Source of the DNA: an uncultured Collinsella sp.
GTDB taxonomy: Bacteria; Actinomycetota; Coriobacteriia; Coriobacteriales; Coriobacteriaceae
Length of the DNA: 51,083 nucleotides
Direction: 5' to 3'
Assembly (NCBI GenBank): GCA_900546965.1
Contig: URFE01000001.1
Span: forward strand, 1-51,083
Translations under genes and position numbers: made by a program
Part shown: piece after piece, positions 28,934-41,082 of the stretch
Position numbering within the stretch: the first letter of the stretch is position 1
Layout: every line of letters starts with the position of its first letter
Notes under the pieces: model-generated
What the model was told of the DNA's origin: nothing
The model's input: the letters and a program-made list of their open reading frames with translations, nothing else
Database searches by the model: none

Positions 28934-29542
28934 CTAGCGCAGCTGGGCGTAATGGTTGTAAATCGAAATAGCCGTGGGATAAAGATAGCGCCCGGACTGG
29001 ATCACATAGACCAAACCCTGCGCAAAACAGGAGAAGAACAACTCATCGAGCGTCGACTCCCCCACCATCTTGCGCAGCGCATGCGCATAGTCGCCGTGGC
29101 GGTTGGGCTCGATGGCATCGGCCACAAAGACCACCATATCGAGCGGCGTCATGTCGCAAGCACCCACGGTGTGACGGTCGACAGCCTGGAAAACGGCCGG
29201 CGACAACTCGGGGAAAAGCTGCGGAAGCTCATAGGCGGCAACAGGGCCATGCAAAAGCGGCGTCGCGGCGGAAGGAGAGCCGGCAATCTTAATGCCGTAA
29301 TGCAGAGCGCGCGTGACCAGCTCGTCGTCGGAGAGCACTTTGTCCCAGTCATGGATCAGGCCGGCGGCAGCGGCATCAAAGCGGTCAACGCCGTAGACCT
29401 CGGCCAGATGAAGTGCGGTCTCGGCAACACCCAGCGAATGCACATAGCGCTTGCGCTTATCCTTCATGCGAACATCGAGCAGCTCTTGAATGCGCTTGAG
29501 CAGCGCGCGCTCATCGCCCTCAAACTGATCCTCTACCGACAA
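28934..29542 (-). CDS. yqeK: HD-domain symmetrical Ap4A hydrolase YqeK
   Basis: RYVHSLGV, GLIHDWDK, LLHG, RHTVG, FVADAIEPNR; nadD-yqeK-rsfS synteny. Confidence 0.9.
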   Translation of the reverse strand: MSVEDQFEGDERALLKRIQELLDVRMKDKRKRYVHSLGVAETALHLAEVYGVDRFDAAAAGLIHDWDKVLSDDELVTRALHYGIKIAGSPSAATPLLHGPVAAYELPQLFPELSPAVFQAVDRHTVGACDMTPLDMVVFVADAIEPNRHGDYAHALRKMVGESTLDELFFSCFAQGLVYVIQSGRYLYPTAISIYNHYAQLR

Positions 29543-29554
29543 CGTAGACCCCCA

Positions 29555-30232
29555 TCACTCAAAATCTTCTTGGCCCAGATCGGCATATAGCCTGCGTTTG
29601 CGAATGTAGCCGAGCACGGACTCGCTCGTAAGATAGCGCACGCTCATACCGCGGGCAACTCGCTTACGAATGTTCGTCGAGCTGATCGCCAACGCTGGAA
29701 TCTGAATATAGCGCACGTCGAACGGCAGCCCCGACTCTTTGATTCGGGCACGCGCCGTATCGATATCAAAGCCCGGTCGCGTCGCCGCAATAAAGGTAGC
29801 AAGCTCAGCGATTCGTTCGGCATCATGCCAGGTAACAATATCGATAATCGCGTCGGCGCCCGTAATAAAGTAGAGCTTTACCTGCGGCGGGTAAAAGTCG
29901 CGAAGGGCATGAAGCGTATCGGCCGTATAGGTTACACCCGGACGGTCAATCTCGAACCGACTCGCCAAAAAGGCCGGGTTCGCAGCGGTGGCGAGGACCG
30001 TCATGGCATAACGGTCCTCGGCAGGCGTCACCGGCTTGTCAAGCTTAAAGGCAGGCGTGCCCGCCGGCATAAAGAGCACGGCATCCAAGTCGAGGGACTC
30101 ACGCGCCTGCTCAGCGGTCACCAGGTGCCCGTAATGGATGGGATCAAAGGTGCCACCCATAATGCCGAGCCTAAACTCCTGCCCGTCCTCTAGAGGAAGC
30201 TCGGGCAGACCGATTCCACCGCGCAGCGACAT
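29555..30232 (-). CDS. nadD: Nicotinate-nucleotide adenylyltransferase
   Basis: GIMGGTFDPIHYGHL, FITGAD, ISSTNIR. Confidence 0.96.
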   Translation of the reverse strand: MSLRGGIGLPELPLEDGQEFRLGIMGGTFDPIHYGHLVTAEQARESLDLDAVLFMPAGTPAFKLDKPVTPAEDRYAMTVLATAANPAFLASRFEIDRPGVTYTADTLHALRDFYPPQVKLYFITGADAIIDIVTWHDAERIAELATFIAATRPGFDIDTARARIKESGLPFDVRYIQIPALAISSTNIRKRVARGMSVRYLTSESVLGYIRKRRLYADLGQEDFE

Positions 30233-30235
30233 GGC

Positions 30236-31714
<1,479 letters not shown>

Positions 31715-31787
31715 CTACAAAAAAGAGGGAGACCCTTGAATCCTAAAACTCAAGTGCCTCCCACATATGTGCTCTATGAAGGGTGAA

Positions 31788-32045
31788 TTACGCGTTCGCG
31801 AGCGGGCGTACGCTGACCCTGTGCTTGATACCCTTGTGGAACTCAACGGTACCGTCGACCAGCGCGAACAGCGTGTCGTCCTTACCACGGCCAACGTTCT
31901 CACCCGGGTGGATGTGCGTGCCGTGCTGACGGACGAGAATCGTGCCCGTGGTTACCGTCTGGCCGGCATAGCGCTTCGTGCCAAGGCGCTGACCGCGGGA
32001 GTCACGGCCATTACGGGAGGAACCGAGTCCTTTTTTGTGTGCCAT
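31788..32045 (-). CDS. rpmA: 50S ribosomal protein L27
   Basis: [25 protein letters not shown]. Confidence 0.98.
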   Translation of the reverse strand: MAHKKGLGSSRNGRDSRGQRLGTKRYAGQTVTTGTILVRQHGTHIHPGENVGRGKDDTLFALVDGTVEFHKGIKHRVSVRPLANA

Positions 32046-32078
32046 TGTGTATACCTACTCTTTCGTTACGAGTGTAAT

Positions 32079-32453
32079 CTACTCGGCGACGGGAGCCTCG
32101 GCAACAGCCTCGGCCTCTGCCTTGACAGCCTTCTTGGCGCGGGACGTAGCCTGGACCTTCACGATCTTCAGCTTGGTGAGCTGCTGACGGTGACCCTTCA
32201 GACGACGATAGCGCTTACGCTTGTGGAACTTGAAGACCAGCTGCTTCTCGCCCTTGAACTGCTCAACGATCTGAGCGGTAACCTTGGCCTTGGCCAGCTT
32301 GTCGGGATCGGTGACGATCTTCTTACCATCGTTGAGGAAGATAACCGGCAGGGTGACCTTGTCGCCCTCATTGCCCTCGATCTTCTCGACGGTGATGACA
32401 TCGTCGGTGGCGACCTTGTACTGCTTGCCGCCCGTGTTAACGATTGCGTACAT
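32079..32453 (-). CDS. rplU: 50S ribosomal protein L21
   Basis: MYAIVNTGGKQYKV, KGHRQQLT. Confidence 0.97.
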   Translation of the reverse strand: MYAIVNTGGKQYKVATDDVITVEKIEGNEGDKVTLPVIFLNDGKKIVTDPDKLAKAKVTAQIVEQFKGEKQLVFKFHKRKRYRRLKGHRQQLTKLKIVKVQATSRAKKAVKAEAEAVAEAPVAE

Positions 32454-32495
32454 GTTTACTTGCCCTTCATGCATCAGTTAGTGCAACAGCCGAAT

Positions 32496-32524
32496 ATAGT
32501 AGCAGGCGAAAATACCCCCGTCAA
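32496..32524 (-). promoter_or_regulatory. rplU-rpmA promoter
   Basis: TTGACG-17 nt-TACTAT on the minus strand. Confidence 0.7.
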
Positions 32525-33333
32525 CGAGTATGTGGAGCAAATCCACAAGTTCGCACAGGTATGGGGCTGACGAGTCGGCCCTCGTCGTCCTCGCATGCTT
32601 GATTCTGACGCTCGACATCGTAGGAGCAGATGGTCACGAGGTCTTGCATACCGGTGGAAACAATAGGTGCATCCACGCCCGGGGTCAAGCCCTGCAACAA
32701 AACATCAGCCGCAGAAAGCAAAATTTCCGGACGCATGGAGCCCTCGTTGTCGGCATGGGTGTCGAGCATGAGCACCAAATGGTCCGGGCGCTCCCCCGCC
32801 GTGAGCTCATAGCCCACGAGCGTGTGATCCAAATCCAAGCGCTTGCTCTTTTTTCCGCGCGCGTAGTCGATGCCATGGTCCGCGCGCAGCGTGTCGAGCG
32901 CACGACGCACCTCGTCGGCGCTTACGGGCGCCTCGGGATCCAAGTGCAGGTCGATGCGATACGACAGGCGCGTGAGCTGCGCCGTCAACGCCGGCGTGCG
33001 CACGTCGATGTACGCCGCCTCGATGGGCGCCAGATCGGCCGGAGACGCCGCAGCCAGGCGCCCAAACGCCTCGTCGAGCGCCACGAACTCGGTCATAAAC
33101 AGGTCATACCACTCACAGGTCGACGACGTACCCACCGGTAGCGCCGAAGAGAAGCCCACGCGCATGTGCGGAGAGAAGCCCTGCGTGACGGCATAGGGAA
33201 GCCCCGCACGGCGCACGATGCGCTCAATGGTATGGATTACTTCGAGATGGCCCAGGTACTTAAGGCGATCGCGCTTTCCATAGCGAACACGAAGTCTAAA
33301 GAGCGTGGGGTTGTCGGTCAGGCGCTCACTCAT
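32521..33333 (-). CDS. Radical SAM-linked protein (TIGR03936/DUF2344-like)
   Basis: YLGHLE, RRAGLPYAVTQGFSPH, ALPVG; overlaps the upstream radical SAM stop. Confidence 0.88.
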   Translation of the reverse strand: MSERLTDNPTLFRLRVRYGKRDRLKYLGHLEVIHTIERIVRRAGLPYAVTQGFSPHMRVGFSSALPVGTSSTCEWYDLFMTEFVALDEAFGRLAAASPADLAPIEAAYIDVRTPALTAQLTRLSYRIDLHLDPEAPVSADEVRRALDTLRADHGIDYARGKKSKRLDLDHTLVGYELTAGERPDHLVLMLDTHADNEGSMRPEILLSAADVLLQGLTPGVDAPIVSTGMQDLVTICSYDVERQNQACEDDEGRLVSPIPVRTCGFAPHTR

Positions 33334-35207
33334 GCGCGATCACCCATCAATACATTCTTGGCGTGGAGCGTGGGGCAGATCCCGCAGCCGGTGCACGACG
33401 TGCGGGTGCAGTCGGGAGTCGTGACGCCCTCGAGTGAGCGACGGTACTCGCGCTCGAGGAAGCCGCGCGTGCAGCCGGGGCTCACGTGCTCCCACGGCAG
33501 GCGCCAGTCCAACTCGTAGGGCAGGTGCACGAGCTCATTGAGGTCGATGCCGTTTTTGGCAGCAGCTTCCTTCCAGTTATCGAGCGAGAAATGCTCTACC
33601 CAGGCGTCAAAGCGAGAGCCCGAGCGCCAAGCGTCGATGATGACGGGCGTCATGTCACGACCGGCGCGGGAAAGCGCGGCCTCGATGAGCGAGGTCTCGG
33701 CATCGTGGTAATGCACGCGGACGGCACGGTTGCGAACGCTCGTGATAAGCAGCTTCTGGCGACGCTTGACGTCGTCGTAGTCGAGCTGCGGGCACCACTG
33801 GAACGGCGTGGCGGCCTTGGGGATAAAGACCGAAACCGAAATGGACACCGAGATCGAGCCGCGACGAGCCTTGGGCACCACGGAACGACCGAGCTCCAGC
33901 ACGTGATCGGCCAGATTGGCGATGGCCACGATGTCCTCGTCGCGCTCGCCGGGAAGGCCCATCATAAAGTAGAGCTTCATGCGGTTCCAGCCGGCCTCGA
34001 AGGCCGCCTTGGCCGCACGGTCCAGGTCCTCCTCGGTCACGTTCTTGTTAATGATGTCGCGCATGCGCTGGCTGCCGGCCTCGGGCGCGAACGTCAAGCC
34101 GCCCTTCTTTTCGCCGGCGACCGACTCGGCCATATCCACGCCAAACGAATCCAAGCGCTGCGACGGAATAGACACGCGAATACCCGTATCCTCCAGGCGA
34201 CGGTTGAGCCTGCCGAGCACGTCGCGAATGCAGGAGTGGTCGGTCGTGGAGAGCGAGGTCAGCGACACCTCGTCATAGCCGGTCTTTTCCAGACCCTGAA
34301 TTACCGACGAGACGATCTGGTCGGCCGAGCGCTCGCGCACCGGGCGATACGTCATACCGGCTTGGCAAAAACGACAGCCGCGGGCGCAGCCGCGCAGGAT
34401 CTCGATAGACAGGCGGTCGTGGACCAGCTGCGCATAGGGTACGCACGACTGCGACAACGGATTCGTGGCGCCGAAATCCTCGACGACGCGCTTGTAGACC
34501 ACAGTCGGCGCATCCTTGCCCTCACGCGGCACGGTGTAGCCATGCGGCGAGCAGGACTCGTCGTGACGAACTTCATAGAGCGACGGCACGTAGTTGCCGG
34601 CAATGGATGCAAGCTGCTCGACAATCTGCGCGCGCGGGACCCCTTCGTCACGCAGGCGGCGATGCAGCTGGCAGGTCTCGAGCAGCGATTCCTCGCCCTC
34701 GCCGATGAGGATGGCATCGAAGAAGGCCGCGTACGGCTCGGGGTTGTACACCGAGGGGCCGCCGGCGATGATGATGGGGTCGTCTTCGCCTCGGTCGGCC
34801 GCCAACAGTGGAATGCCAGCGAGGTCGAGTGCCTCGAGGAAGTTCGTCACCGCCATCTCGTGCGGCACATGCAGACCGACGATATCAAACGAAGCGACCG
34901 GCGCTGCACCCTCGAGCGAGAGCAGCGGAATGCCTGCCTCGCGCATGGCGTCGCCCATATCGGGCCACGGCACATAGCCACGCTCGCAGGAGATGCCCTC
35001 GGCCTGGTTAAGGATGTTGTAGAGGATGGCGATACCCTGGTTGGGCAGACCGACCTCGTACACATCCGGATAGATCAGGCAGCAACGGTAGTCGGCATCG
35101 GCCTTGGAAAGCGTGCCCCACTCGTGATCGATATAGCGACTCGGCTTCTCGACCTTGGCGAGCAACGGCTCAATTAAATGAAAACAGTCTTGGTATGCAA
35201 CGCGCAA
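33330..35207 (-). CDS. TIGR03960-like radical SAM protein
   Basis: VEKPSRY, YPDVYEVG, RGCARGCRFCQAG (CxxxCxxC), TFAPEAGS, KLYFMMGLP, C-terminal CTGCGIC. Confidence 0.9.
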   Translation of the reverse strand: MRVAYQDCFHLIEPLLAKVEKPSRYIDHEWGTLSKADADYRCCLIYPDVYEVGLPNQGIAILYNILNQAEGISCERGYVPWPDMGDAMREAGIPLLSLEGAAPVASFDIVGLHVPHEMAVTNFLEALDLAGIPLLAADRGEDDPIIIAGGPSVYNPEPYAAFFDAILIGEGEESLLETCQLHRRLRDEGVPRAQIVEQLASIAGNYVPSLYEVRHDESCSPHGYTVPREGKDAPTVVYKRVVEDFGATNPLSQSCVPYAQLVHDRLSIEILRGCARGCRFCQAGMTYRPVRERSADQIVSSVIQGLEKTGYDEVSLTSLSTTDHSCIRDVLGRLNRRLEDTGIRVSIPSQRLDSFGVDMAESVAGEKKGGLTFAPEAGSQRMRDIINKNVTEEDLDRAAKAAFEAGWNRMKLYFMMGLPGERDEDIVAIANLADHVLELGRSVVPKARRGSISVSISVSVFIPKAATPFQWCPQLDYDDVKRRQKLLITSVRNRAVRVHYHDAETSLIEAALSRAGRDMTPVIIDAWRSGSRFDAWVEHFSLDNWKEAAAKNGIDLNELVHLPYELDWRLPWEHVSPGCTRGFLEREYRRSLEGVTTPDCTRTSCTGCGICPTLHAKNVLMGDRA

Positions 35208-35217
35208 CGGAAAACCC

Positions 35218-36147
35218 CTAAGCAGCGAGATCTGATGCGTCCTGATAGGACGCCATAGGACGGGTAGCGCCCGCGACCGTGGTCACCAGATCGCGAACGC
35301 GGGAGAACGTGGCAGTGACCACCTCGTTGGCACGGCTGTAGTCGACATCGCGTTCGTAGAGCGAAACGAGCGCACGGCCCATGCCATAGGTGCCCGCGGC
35401 GGCAGTGAGCGCCTTGACGGCAAACCCAATATGCGGCGTCTGCTTGACAAGTGCGCGGGTGACCGCTCGGATCACAAGACCGCCGGCAAGCACGCCCGCG
35501 ACCTCGTAGCCGCGCTCAGGCTTAATGCCGCGTCCAAAGACGGCAGCGAGCTCAAAGAGCATGCCCACCTGCGCCAGCGCCATAACGGGATAATCGGCGC
35601 CCGGCAAAAACACCAGCGCACCGGTCGCCATATTGGTGAGCGCGCACGAGGTGATGATACGATTGGCCGCCGCGATGCGCATGAAGGCAAAGTTCGCCGC
35701 AAAAGCCGTTTCCTTGTCGGTGCGATCGAGAATCCAGCGGGCAAGCGTCTCGAGCAGATACGTCTTATCGGTTGCCGCTACCACGCCGAGCATGGGCGTG
35801 GACTCCTCGATAAACGGCACCTCCACAGCAGACTCGGCAAGCACGCACACGGGCGCACCGGCGATCACGAGCTCCTGCACGGCACTCTCCAAGCGGTCGG
35901 AACCACACGAGAGCACCAGTACCACATCGGTATCGGTCTTTGGAGCAATTCGCTCCTCCCCCAGACGCTCGACGCGCACAATGCCCGAGGTCGTCTGCGG
36001 CACAAAGGCATCACGCACCGTCTCGGCCAGAAAGCGCGAGGCGGACGAATCCAGATAGACCGAGACGCGCACCGGCGTATCGGAATCCTTCTTAACGGAC
36101 GCGCCCATCTTAAAAGCGCGGGTCAGCTTATCTACGGGAATTTTCAT
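35218..36147 (-). CDS. Hypothetical protein with DUF697/YcjF-like C-terminal hydrophobic domain
   Basis: LPGADYPVMALAQVGMLFELAAVFG and TYGMG segments recalled as DUF697-like; in operon between rodA and the radical SAM gene. Confidence 0.6.
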   Translation of the reverse strand: MKIPVDKLTRAFKMGASVKKDSDTPVRVSVYLDSSASRFLAETVRDAFVPQTTSGIVRVERLGEERIAPKTDTDVVLVLSCGSDRLESAVQELVIAGAPVCVLAESAVEVPFIEESTPMLGVVAATDKTYLLETLARWILDRTDKETAFAANFAFMRIAAANRIITSCALTNMATGALVFLPGADYPVMALAQVGMLFELAAVFGRGIKPERGYEVAGVLAGGLVIRAVTRALVKQTPHIGFAVKALTAAAGTYGMGRALVSLYERDVDYSRANEVVTATFSRVRDLVTTVAGATRPMASYQDASDLAA

Positions 36148-36165
36148 AGCAAACCCCTCCAGCGG

Positions 36166-37392
36166 TTACGCGGCGCCCGAACGATGCCGCCATATGGATT
36201 GTACGATACCCACCGTCAGCAGCTGGATCATCATCGAAGACGAACCAAAGCTAATAAACGGCAGCGGAATACCGGTAATCGGCATCATGCCGATGCACAT
36301 GCCGATGTTTTCGAAGGTCTGGAACGCCCACATGCCAACGATGCCCACACACGAAAGACGCAAAAACAGCGACTCGCACTTAAAGGCGACGCGAATCGTC
36401 GAAAAGATCAACAGCACGTAGAGGCACAGGAGCAAAAAGGAACCGCAAAAGCCAAAGGTCTCGGACAGGAAGGCGAAGACGAAGTCGGTGTGGAACTCAG
36501 GCAGAAAGCCGCCGGCCGACTGCGTCGCATGCCCCAGGCCCTTACCAAAGAAGCCGCCCGAGCCGACCGCGATCAACGACTGCTGCAGATTGTACGCATC
36601 GTCCGAATCGGCATTATCGGGGTCGATAAAGACCGTCAGACGGTTCATCTGATACTGCTTGATGAGCACATCGTGGCCGAGCAACGAATCAAAGACCGAA
36701 TCGAGCGCCAGGACGAGGGCCACCAGGCCCACGAGCAGGGCCAGGGTCGACAGCACCCATTCGCGGCGTGCACCGCTCATACAGATGACGATGGCGCCCG
36801 AAACCAGCACGACCAGGCCCGAGCCCAGGTCGCCCATGGCAACGACGGCCAAAAACGGAATGGACAGCATGCCGCAGAGCTTGACGTAGTCACGAACGGT
36901 ATCGATGCGACCGTTATACTGCGAGCCAAGCGTAGCAATAAAGAAGATGGTGATGAGCTTGGCAAGCTCAACCGGCTGGAATGTCAAGCCGATACCGGGA
37001 ATCTTGATCCAGCCCGTCATGCCCAGACCGCCCGTATAGGACAGACCCGGAATCTTGGGCGAGAGGATCACGATCAGGTCGATGACGAGCAACGCCGTCG
37101 AGAAATTGGAAATACCGCGCAGGTCGGTACGCCAGACGAGCACCGCCAGCACCGCCCCGATGCCAATTCCCAGCAGATGGCGTGAGAACGAGGCATCGGC
37201 CTTAAACTGCGAAGCCGACCAGATAATGATGGCACCGTAGGCGACGAGCGCCACAGTAGCCACGAGCACACCGATATGCACCTTTTGGCGAAACGTGCCG
37301 CGCGAAGCCGAAAGTTGTTTGTTGACACGGTCCAGGCTGCTGCGAGAACCGGTCTTGGTTGAACGGAACAGATCCGCCGGAGAAAAATCCAT
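36166..37392 (-). CDS. rodA: SEDS glycosyltransferase RodA
   Basis: FQPVELAK, DLGS, GSGGFFGKG, LPEFHTDFVF, GIPLPFISFGSS. Confidence 0.94.
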   Translation of the reverse strand: MDFSPADLFRSTKTGSRSSLDRVNKQLSASRGTFRQKVHIGVLVATVALVAYGAIIIWSASQFKADASFSRHLLGIGIGAVLAVLVWRTDLRGISNFSTALLVIDLIVILSPKIPGLSYTGGLGMTGWIKIPGIGLTFQPVELAKLITIFFIATLGSQYNGRIDTVRDYVKLCGMLSIPFLAVVAMGDLGSGLVVLVSGAIVICMSGARREWVLSTLALLVGLVALVLALDSVFDSLLGHDVLIKQYQMNRLTVFIDPDNADSDDAYNLQQSLIAVGSGGFFGKGLGHATQSAGGFLPEFHTDFVFAFLSETFGFCGSFLLLCLYVLLIFSTIRVAFKCESLFLRLSCVGIVGMWAFQTFENIGMCIGMMPITGIPLPFISFGSSSMMIQLLTVGIVQSIWRHRSGAA

Positions 37393-37401
37393 CGCAACCT
37401 C

Positions 37402-39471
37402 CTATCGAACCGAAGAATCGCCCGAGGCCGAAGAGGTATCGGGCTCGTCATAAATCACGCCGAGCACGTCGCGCACGACATGCATCGCGGTATCTGAGCC
37501 ACCGCCGCCCTGCTCCAGGACGGTAGCGATGACATACTTGGGGTCATCGGCCGGTGCATAGGCGCAGAACCACGCGTATTCATCCTCGCCACTTTTCTCG
37601 CCCGTGCCCGACTTGCCGTATACCTGCGGCGTCAGGGTGCCAAAGTGAGCCGCCAGGGACGTCGATGCCGTGTAAATCACGTCGTGCATGCCGTTGCGAA
37701 CAAGAGCCAAATCCGAATCGCTGTTGATCTTGGCCTCCAGGCGCTTCTTCTTGCCCTTGCCGTTGTACCTATAGGCATCGCCGTCGCCATCGCGCGACAC
37801 GGCAGACAAAAACACGTGAGGCACGTACTGTTTGCCGCCGTTGGCAAGACCCATATAGGCGCACGCCATCTGCAGGGGCGTCACCAGGATGTCGCCCTGA
37901 CCGATGGCAATGTTGGTCATATCGCCGGCATTCCACTTGCGGTCCTCGGCAGAGGCGTCGGTGAAGTACGACTCTTTCCACTCGGCATCGGGAATACGGC
38001 CCGCGCCCTCACTCGGCAGATCGATACCGCAGGTCTTGCCTAGGCCCCAGCGACGAAAGACCTCCTGCAGGCCCTCGGAATGTTGCTCGTCATAAAAGAA
38101 CGCCTTGCCCATGTCGTAGAATACGGGGTCGCACGAGTTGGCGATACCCGACTGCAGCGTCATGGTGCCGTGGCCGGAATGCAGCCAGCAGTACTTGCCC
38201 CACGACTTGCCCAGACCCGTCCAATAACCCGTGCAGTTGGTCGTCTGCGTTGAAGTGTAGGTTCCAAACTCAAGACCGGCTAGTGCCGAGAGCGGCTTGA
38301 TGGTCGAGGCCGACATGTACTGTCCGCTAATGGCGCGGTTGAGCAGCGGGTGCGAACCCTTGTCATCATTGAGCTCGGTCCACACGTCATTTGAAACGCC
38401 GCCGATAAAGACGGACGGATCGAACTTGGGCTCGCTCGCCATGCCCAGGATCTCGCCATTGTTGGGATCGAGGCACACCACAGCACCGTTGCCGGCATTG
38501 CTGTAGCCAGTGGTCTTGGCAAGTTCGATAGCGCTCGCCAGTGCCGTCTCACAGGCCTGCTGGATCTTAAGGTCGAGCGTGAGCTTAATGTCGGAGCCGG
38601 CCTTCGCGGGCACGGCGCCGGCCTGACCGGTCACATTGCCCGAGGCATCGACCTTGACGGTCTGCTCACCACGAATACCCTGCAGCAGGTTTTCGTAGTA
38701 GCTCTCAACGCCCGCCTGGCCCACGATATCGCCCGACTGGTACGTAATCTTGCCAGCAGAAGCATCGTCATCGCCAGAGGTTTTCTTATTCTGGGCCTCG
38801 AGCTGCTCGGAGGTAATGGTGCCGGTATAGCCCAAGATATGGCATGCCGTCTCGCCATATGGATACTGGCGCTCGGTACGCTCGGCAATCTTGACGCCCG
38901 GGAACTCGCCGGCATGCTCCTGAATATAGGCAACCGTAGAGCGACGGACGTCCGTCGCGATGGTATGCAGGCTCTGAGCGCCCTCTGTATTGTCCTGAAT
39001 ATTACGAAGGACCGCCACGTAAGGCATTCCAAGCACGTTGGCAAGATGGCGAACCAGAACCTCATCCTCGGCAAGGTCGCGGTAGGCCACGACAGCAAGT
39101 GAGGGACGGTTCTGAACAAGCGCCACGCCATTGCGGTCGAGGATGCGACCGCGCACAGCGGGTGTTGTAACGGTGCGAGTCTGATTACTATTGGCCTGCT
39201 TCTCGTAATAGTCCGATGAGACCATCTGCATGCCCCACAGCTTGACGGCAAGCGCCGCAAACATCGCGCCCACACCCGTGGTGAGGATGGAAAAGCGGCC
39301 CTTAAAGGCGGTCGACGCGGTATTGCCCTCGCCCTCGGTGGCGCGCGGGGCCGTTCCATGCTGCGTATCGTAGGTAAAACGGGAATCGCCACGACGCATG
39401 ACGACCAGCGCGACCACGATGGCCACAACCAGCACGATACCGGCGATAATAACCGTCATCTGGGAAGACAT
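37402..39471 (-). CDS. mrdA: Penicillin-binding protein 2 (class B)
   Basis: RGRILDRNG, RQYPYG, ASTIK (SxxK), SCD, GKSGTG. Confidence 0.93.
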   Translation of the reverse strand: MSSQMTVIIAGIVLVVAIVVALVVMRRGDSRFTYDTQHGTAPRATEGEGNTASTAFKGRFSILTTGVGAMFAALAVKLWGMQMVSSDYYEKQANSNQTRTVTTPAVRGRILDRNGVALVQNRPSLAVVAYRDLAEDEVLVRHLANVLGMPYVAVLRNIQDNTEGAQSLHTIATDVRRSTVAYIQEHAGEFPGVKIAERTERQYPYGETACHILGYTGTITSEQLEAQNKKTSGDDDASAGKITYQSGDIVGQAGVESYYENLLQGIRGEQTVKVDASGNVTGQAGAVPAKAGSDIKLTLDLKIQQACETALASAIELAKTTGYSNAGNGAVVCLDPNNGEILGMASEPKFDPSVFIGGVSNDVWTELNDDKGSHPLLNRAISGQYMSASTIKPLSALAGLEFGTYTSTQTTNCTGYWTGLGKSWGKYCWLHSGHGTMTLQSGIANSCDPVFYDMGKAFFYDEQHSEGLQEVFRRWGLGKTCGIDLPSEGAGRIPDAEWKESYFTDASAEDRKWNAGDMTNIAIGQGDILVTPLQMACAYMGLANGGKQYVPHVFLSAVSRDGDGDAYRYNGKGKKKRLEAKINSDSDLALVRNGMHDVIYTASTSLAAHFGTLTPQVYGKSGTGEKSGEDEYAWFCAYAPADDPKYVIATVLEQGGGGSDTAMHVVRDVLGVIYDEPDTSSASGDSSVR

Positions 39472-39484
39472 CTACGGGCCTCCC

Positions 39485-40057
39485 CTATTTGAGCTTGCGG
39501 GTCTTGGGCTTAAAGCGCATACCCGTCTGGCGTCCGCCACGTGCGGAGAATCCATAGCCGGACTGCGGCACGACGCCGGACATCAAAAACGGAATGGCAA
39601 CCAGACCCGTCAGGATCGAAGACGGCAACGCATGGCCGAAGATCGCCACGACAAAGCTCGTCTCCAAACCCATAAACAGCAAGATGATGCTGTAGATCAC
39701 ATTAATGACGAGCGCAAAGGCGCCCACGGTGACGCCGCGCGCACTCGGGGTACCGCCCGTCTGACCGACGGCGCTGTGCACCAGGGCAAAAGAGCCCACG
39801 GTCAGCAGGAGCGACATAACGCCCACCGGCACGGCAGCGGACAGGTCATAAAACAAGCCGCTGCAAAAACCGCACACGACGGCACGGGTCGGGTCGCCCG
39901 AGAACACGCTTAGGCACACCAGGATAATCATGAAGTTGACGCGACCGCCCGCAATGGAGATCTGCGGTGCCAGGCCTGCCTGCAGCAGCACGCACACGAT
40001 GGCGGCGATCACAAACGTACGGGAGCTCATCCCCTGCTCGTGTAAATCCATGGACAT
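39485..40057 (-). CDS. mreD: Rod shape-determining protein MreD
   Basis: Multi-TM, GFCSGLFYDL; between mreC and pbp2. Confidence 0.88.
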   Translation of the reverse strand: MSMDLHEQGMSSRTFVIAAIVCVLLQAGLAPQISIAGGRVNFMIILVCLSVFSGDPTRAVVCGFCSGLFYDLSAAVPVGVMSLLLTVGSFALVHSAVGQTGGTPSARGVTVGAFALVINVIYSIILLFMGLETSFVVAIFGHALPSSILTGLVAIPFLMSGVVPQSGYGFSARGGRQTGMRFKPKTRKLK

Positions 40058-40062
40058 GCCCC

Positions 40063-41061
40063 CTATTCGCTCGAGCCGGAATCGGTCGTCTCGGACGTGT
40101 CGGAACTGTCATCCGAGCTCTCGTCCTTCGTCTTGGTCGCAGCGTCGCGCGACGTTCCCTGCGGCGTGCTGTTGGCCGTACTCACGTCCTCATCCGAGGC
40201 CGACTGTTCGTCGGTCAGCGAGGTAATGACCAGCACTTCCTCGTTGTTCTCGGCCGTGGTCTGAGCGCGCACCACAATGGTGTAGTACACGTCGTTTGCC
40301 GATTTCTCAACCGACGAGACGGTGCCGAGCGGTAGACCCTTGGGGAACACACCGCCAATGCCCGAGGTCACGATGATGTCGCCAACCTTAACGTCGGAGT
40401 CGACGCTCACATACTCAAGACGCAGCGTGCCGTCAGCCTGACCCTGCAGCATGCCTTGGGCGCGCGTGTCCTGCACCATAGCGGACACGCCCGAGTTCTC
40501 GTCGCCAATCAGGCGCACGGTAGAGGTCTTGGCCGATACCTCGATAATCTGGCCGATAACACCGGCAGAACTCGTCACGGGCATGTTGATGGTAAGGCCG
40601 TCGGCAGAGCCCTTGTCGATGGTTACGGTCGAGGTCCAGGCATCGCCCGAGGCACCAACGATACGAGCAGCGGTCGATTTGAGGTTGTAGGTCGACTGCA
40701 GCCCGACCAGCCCCTCCAGACGCTCGGCGGTCTTTTGAGCCTCGGAGAGCTCGGCAACCTTAGAGGTCAGCTCCTCGTTTTGCTTCTTGAGCTCGTCGAG
40801 CGTGTCCTGCGACGCCGTAAGGTTAGAGAACACGTTGCCGATCGCATTGAAGGGAGCCGCCACAGCCGAACCCACAAAGCGCACCGGCGAGGTAATCGTC
40901 GTTACGCCCGAACGCACGGCATGAATCGGTCCTGCCTCGCCCTCGCGGATGTAAAACGTGAGCAGCAACACCGAAATCAGGCTGAAAACAATCAACGGGC
41001 GCATACCCGTTGATTGTCGCTTGGTATTCAGATTTGTGGAGAAACCCGAAGATCGTGCCAA
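40063..41061 (-). CDS. mreC: Rod shape-determining protein MreC
   Basis: TM plus coiled coil, TIDKGSADG, GDIIVTSGIGGVFPKGLPLG. Confidence 0.94.
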   Translation of the reverse strand: MARSSGFSTNLNTKRQSTGMRPLIVFSLISVLLLTFYIREGEAGPIHAVRSGVTTITSPVRFVGSAVAAPFNAIGNVFSNLTASQDTLDELKKQNEELTSKVAELSEAQKTAERLEGLVGLQSTYNLKSTAARIVGASGDAWTSTVTIDKGSADGLTINMPVTSSAGVIGQIIEVSAKTSTVRLIGDENSGVSAMVQDTRAQGMLQGQADGTLRLEYVSVDSDVKVGDIIVTSGIGGVFPKGLPLGTVSSVEKSANDVYYTIVVRAQTTAENNEEVLVITSLTDEQSASDEDVSTANSTPQGTSRDAATKTKDESSDDSSDTSETTDSGSSE

Positions 41062-41082
41062 ATGGAATCCACCTTTTGGAAA

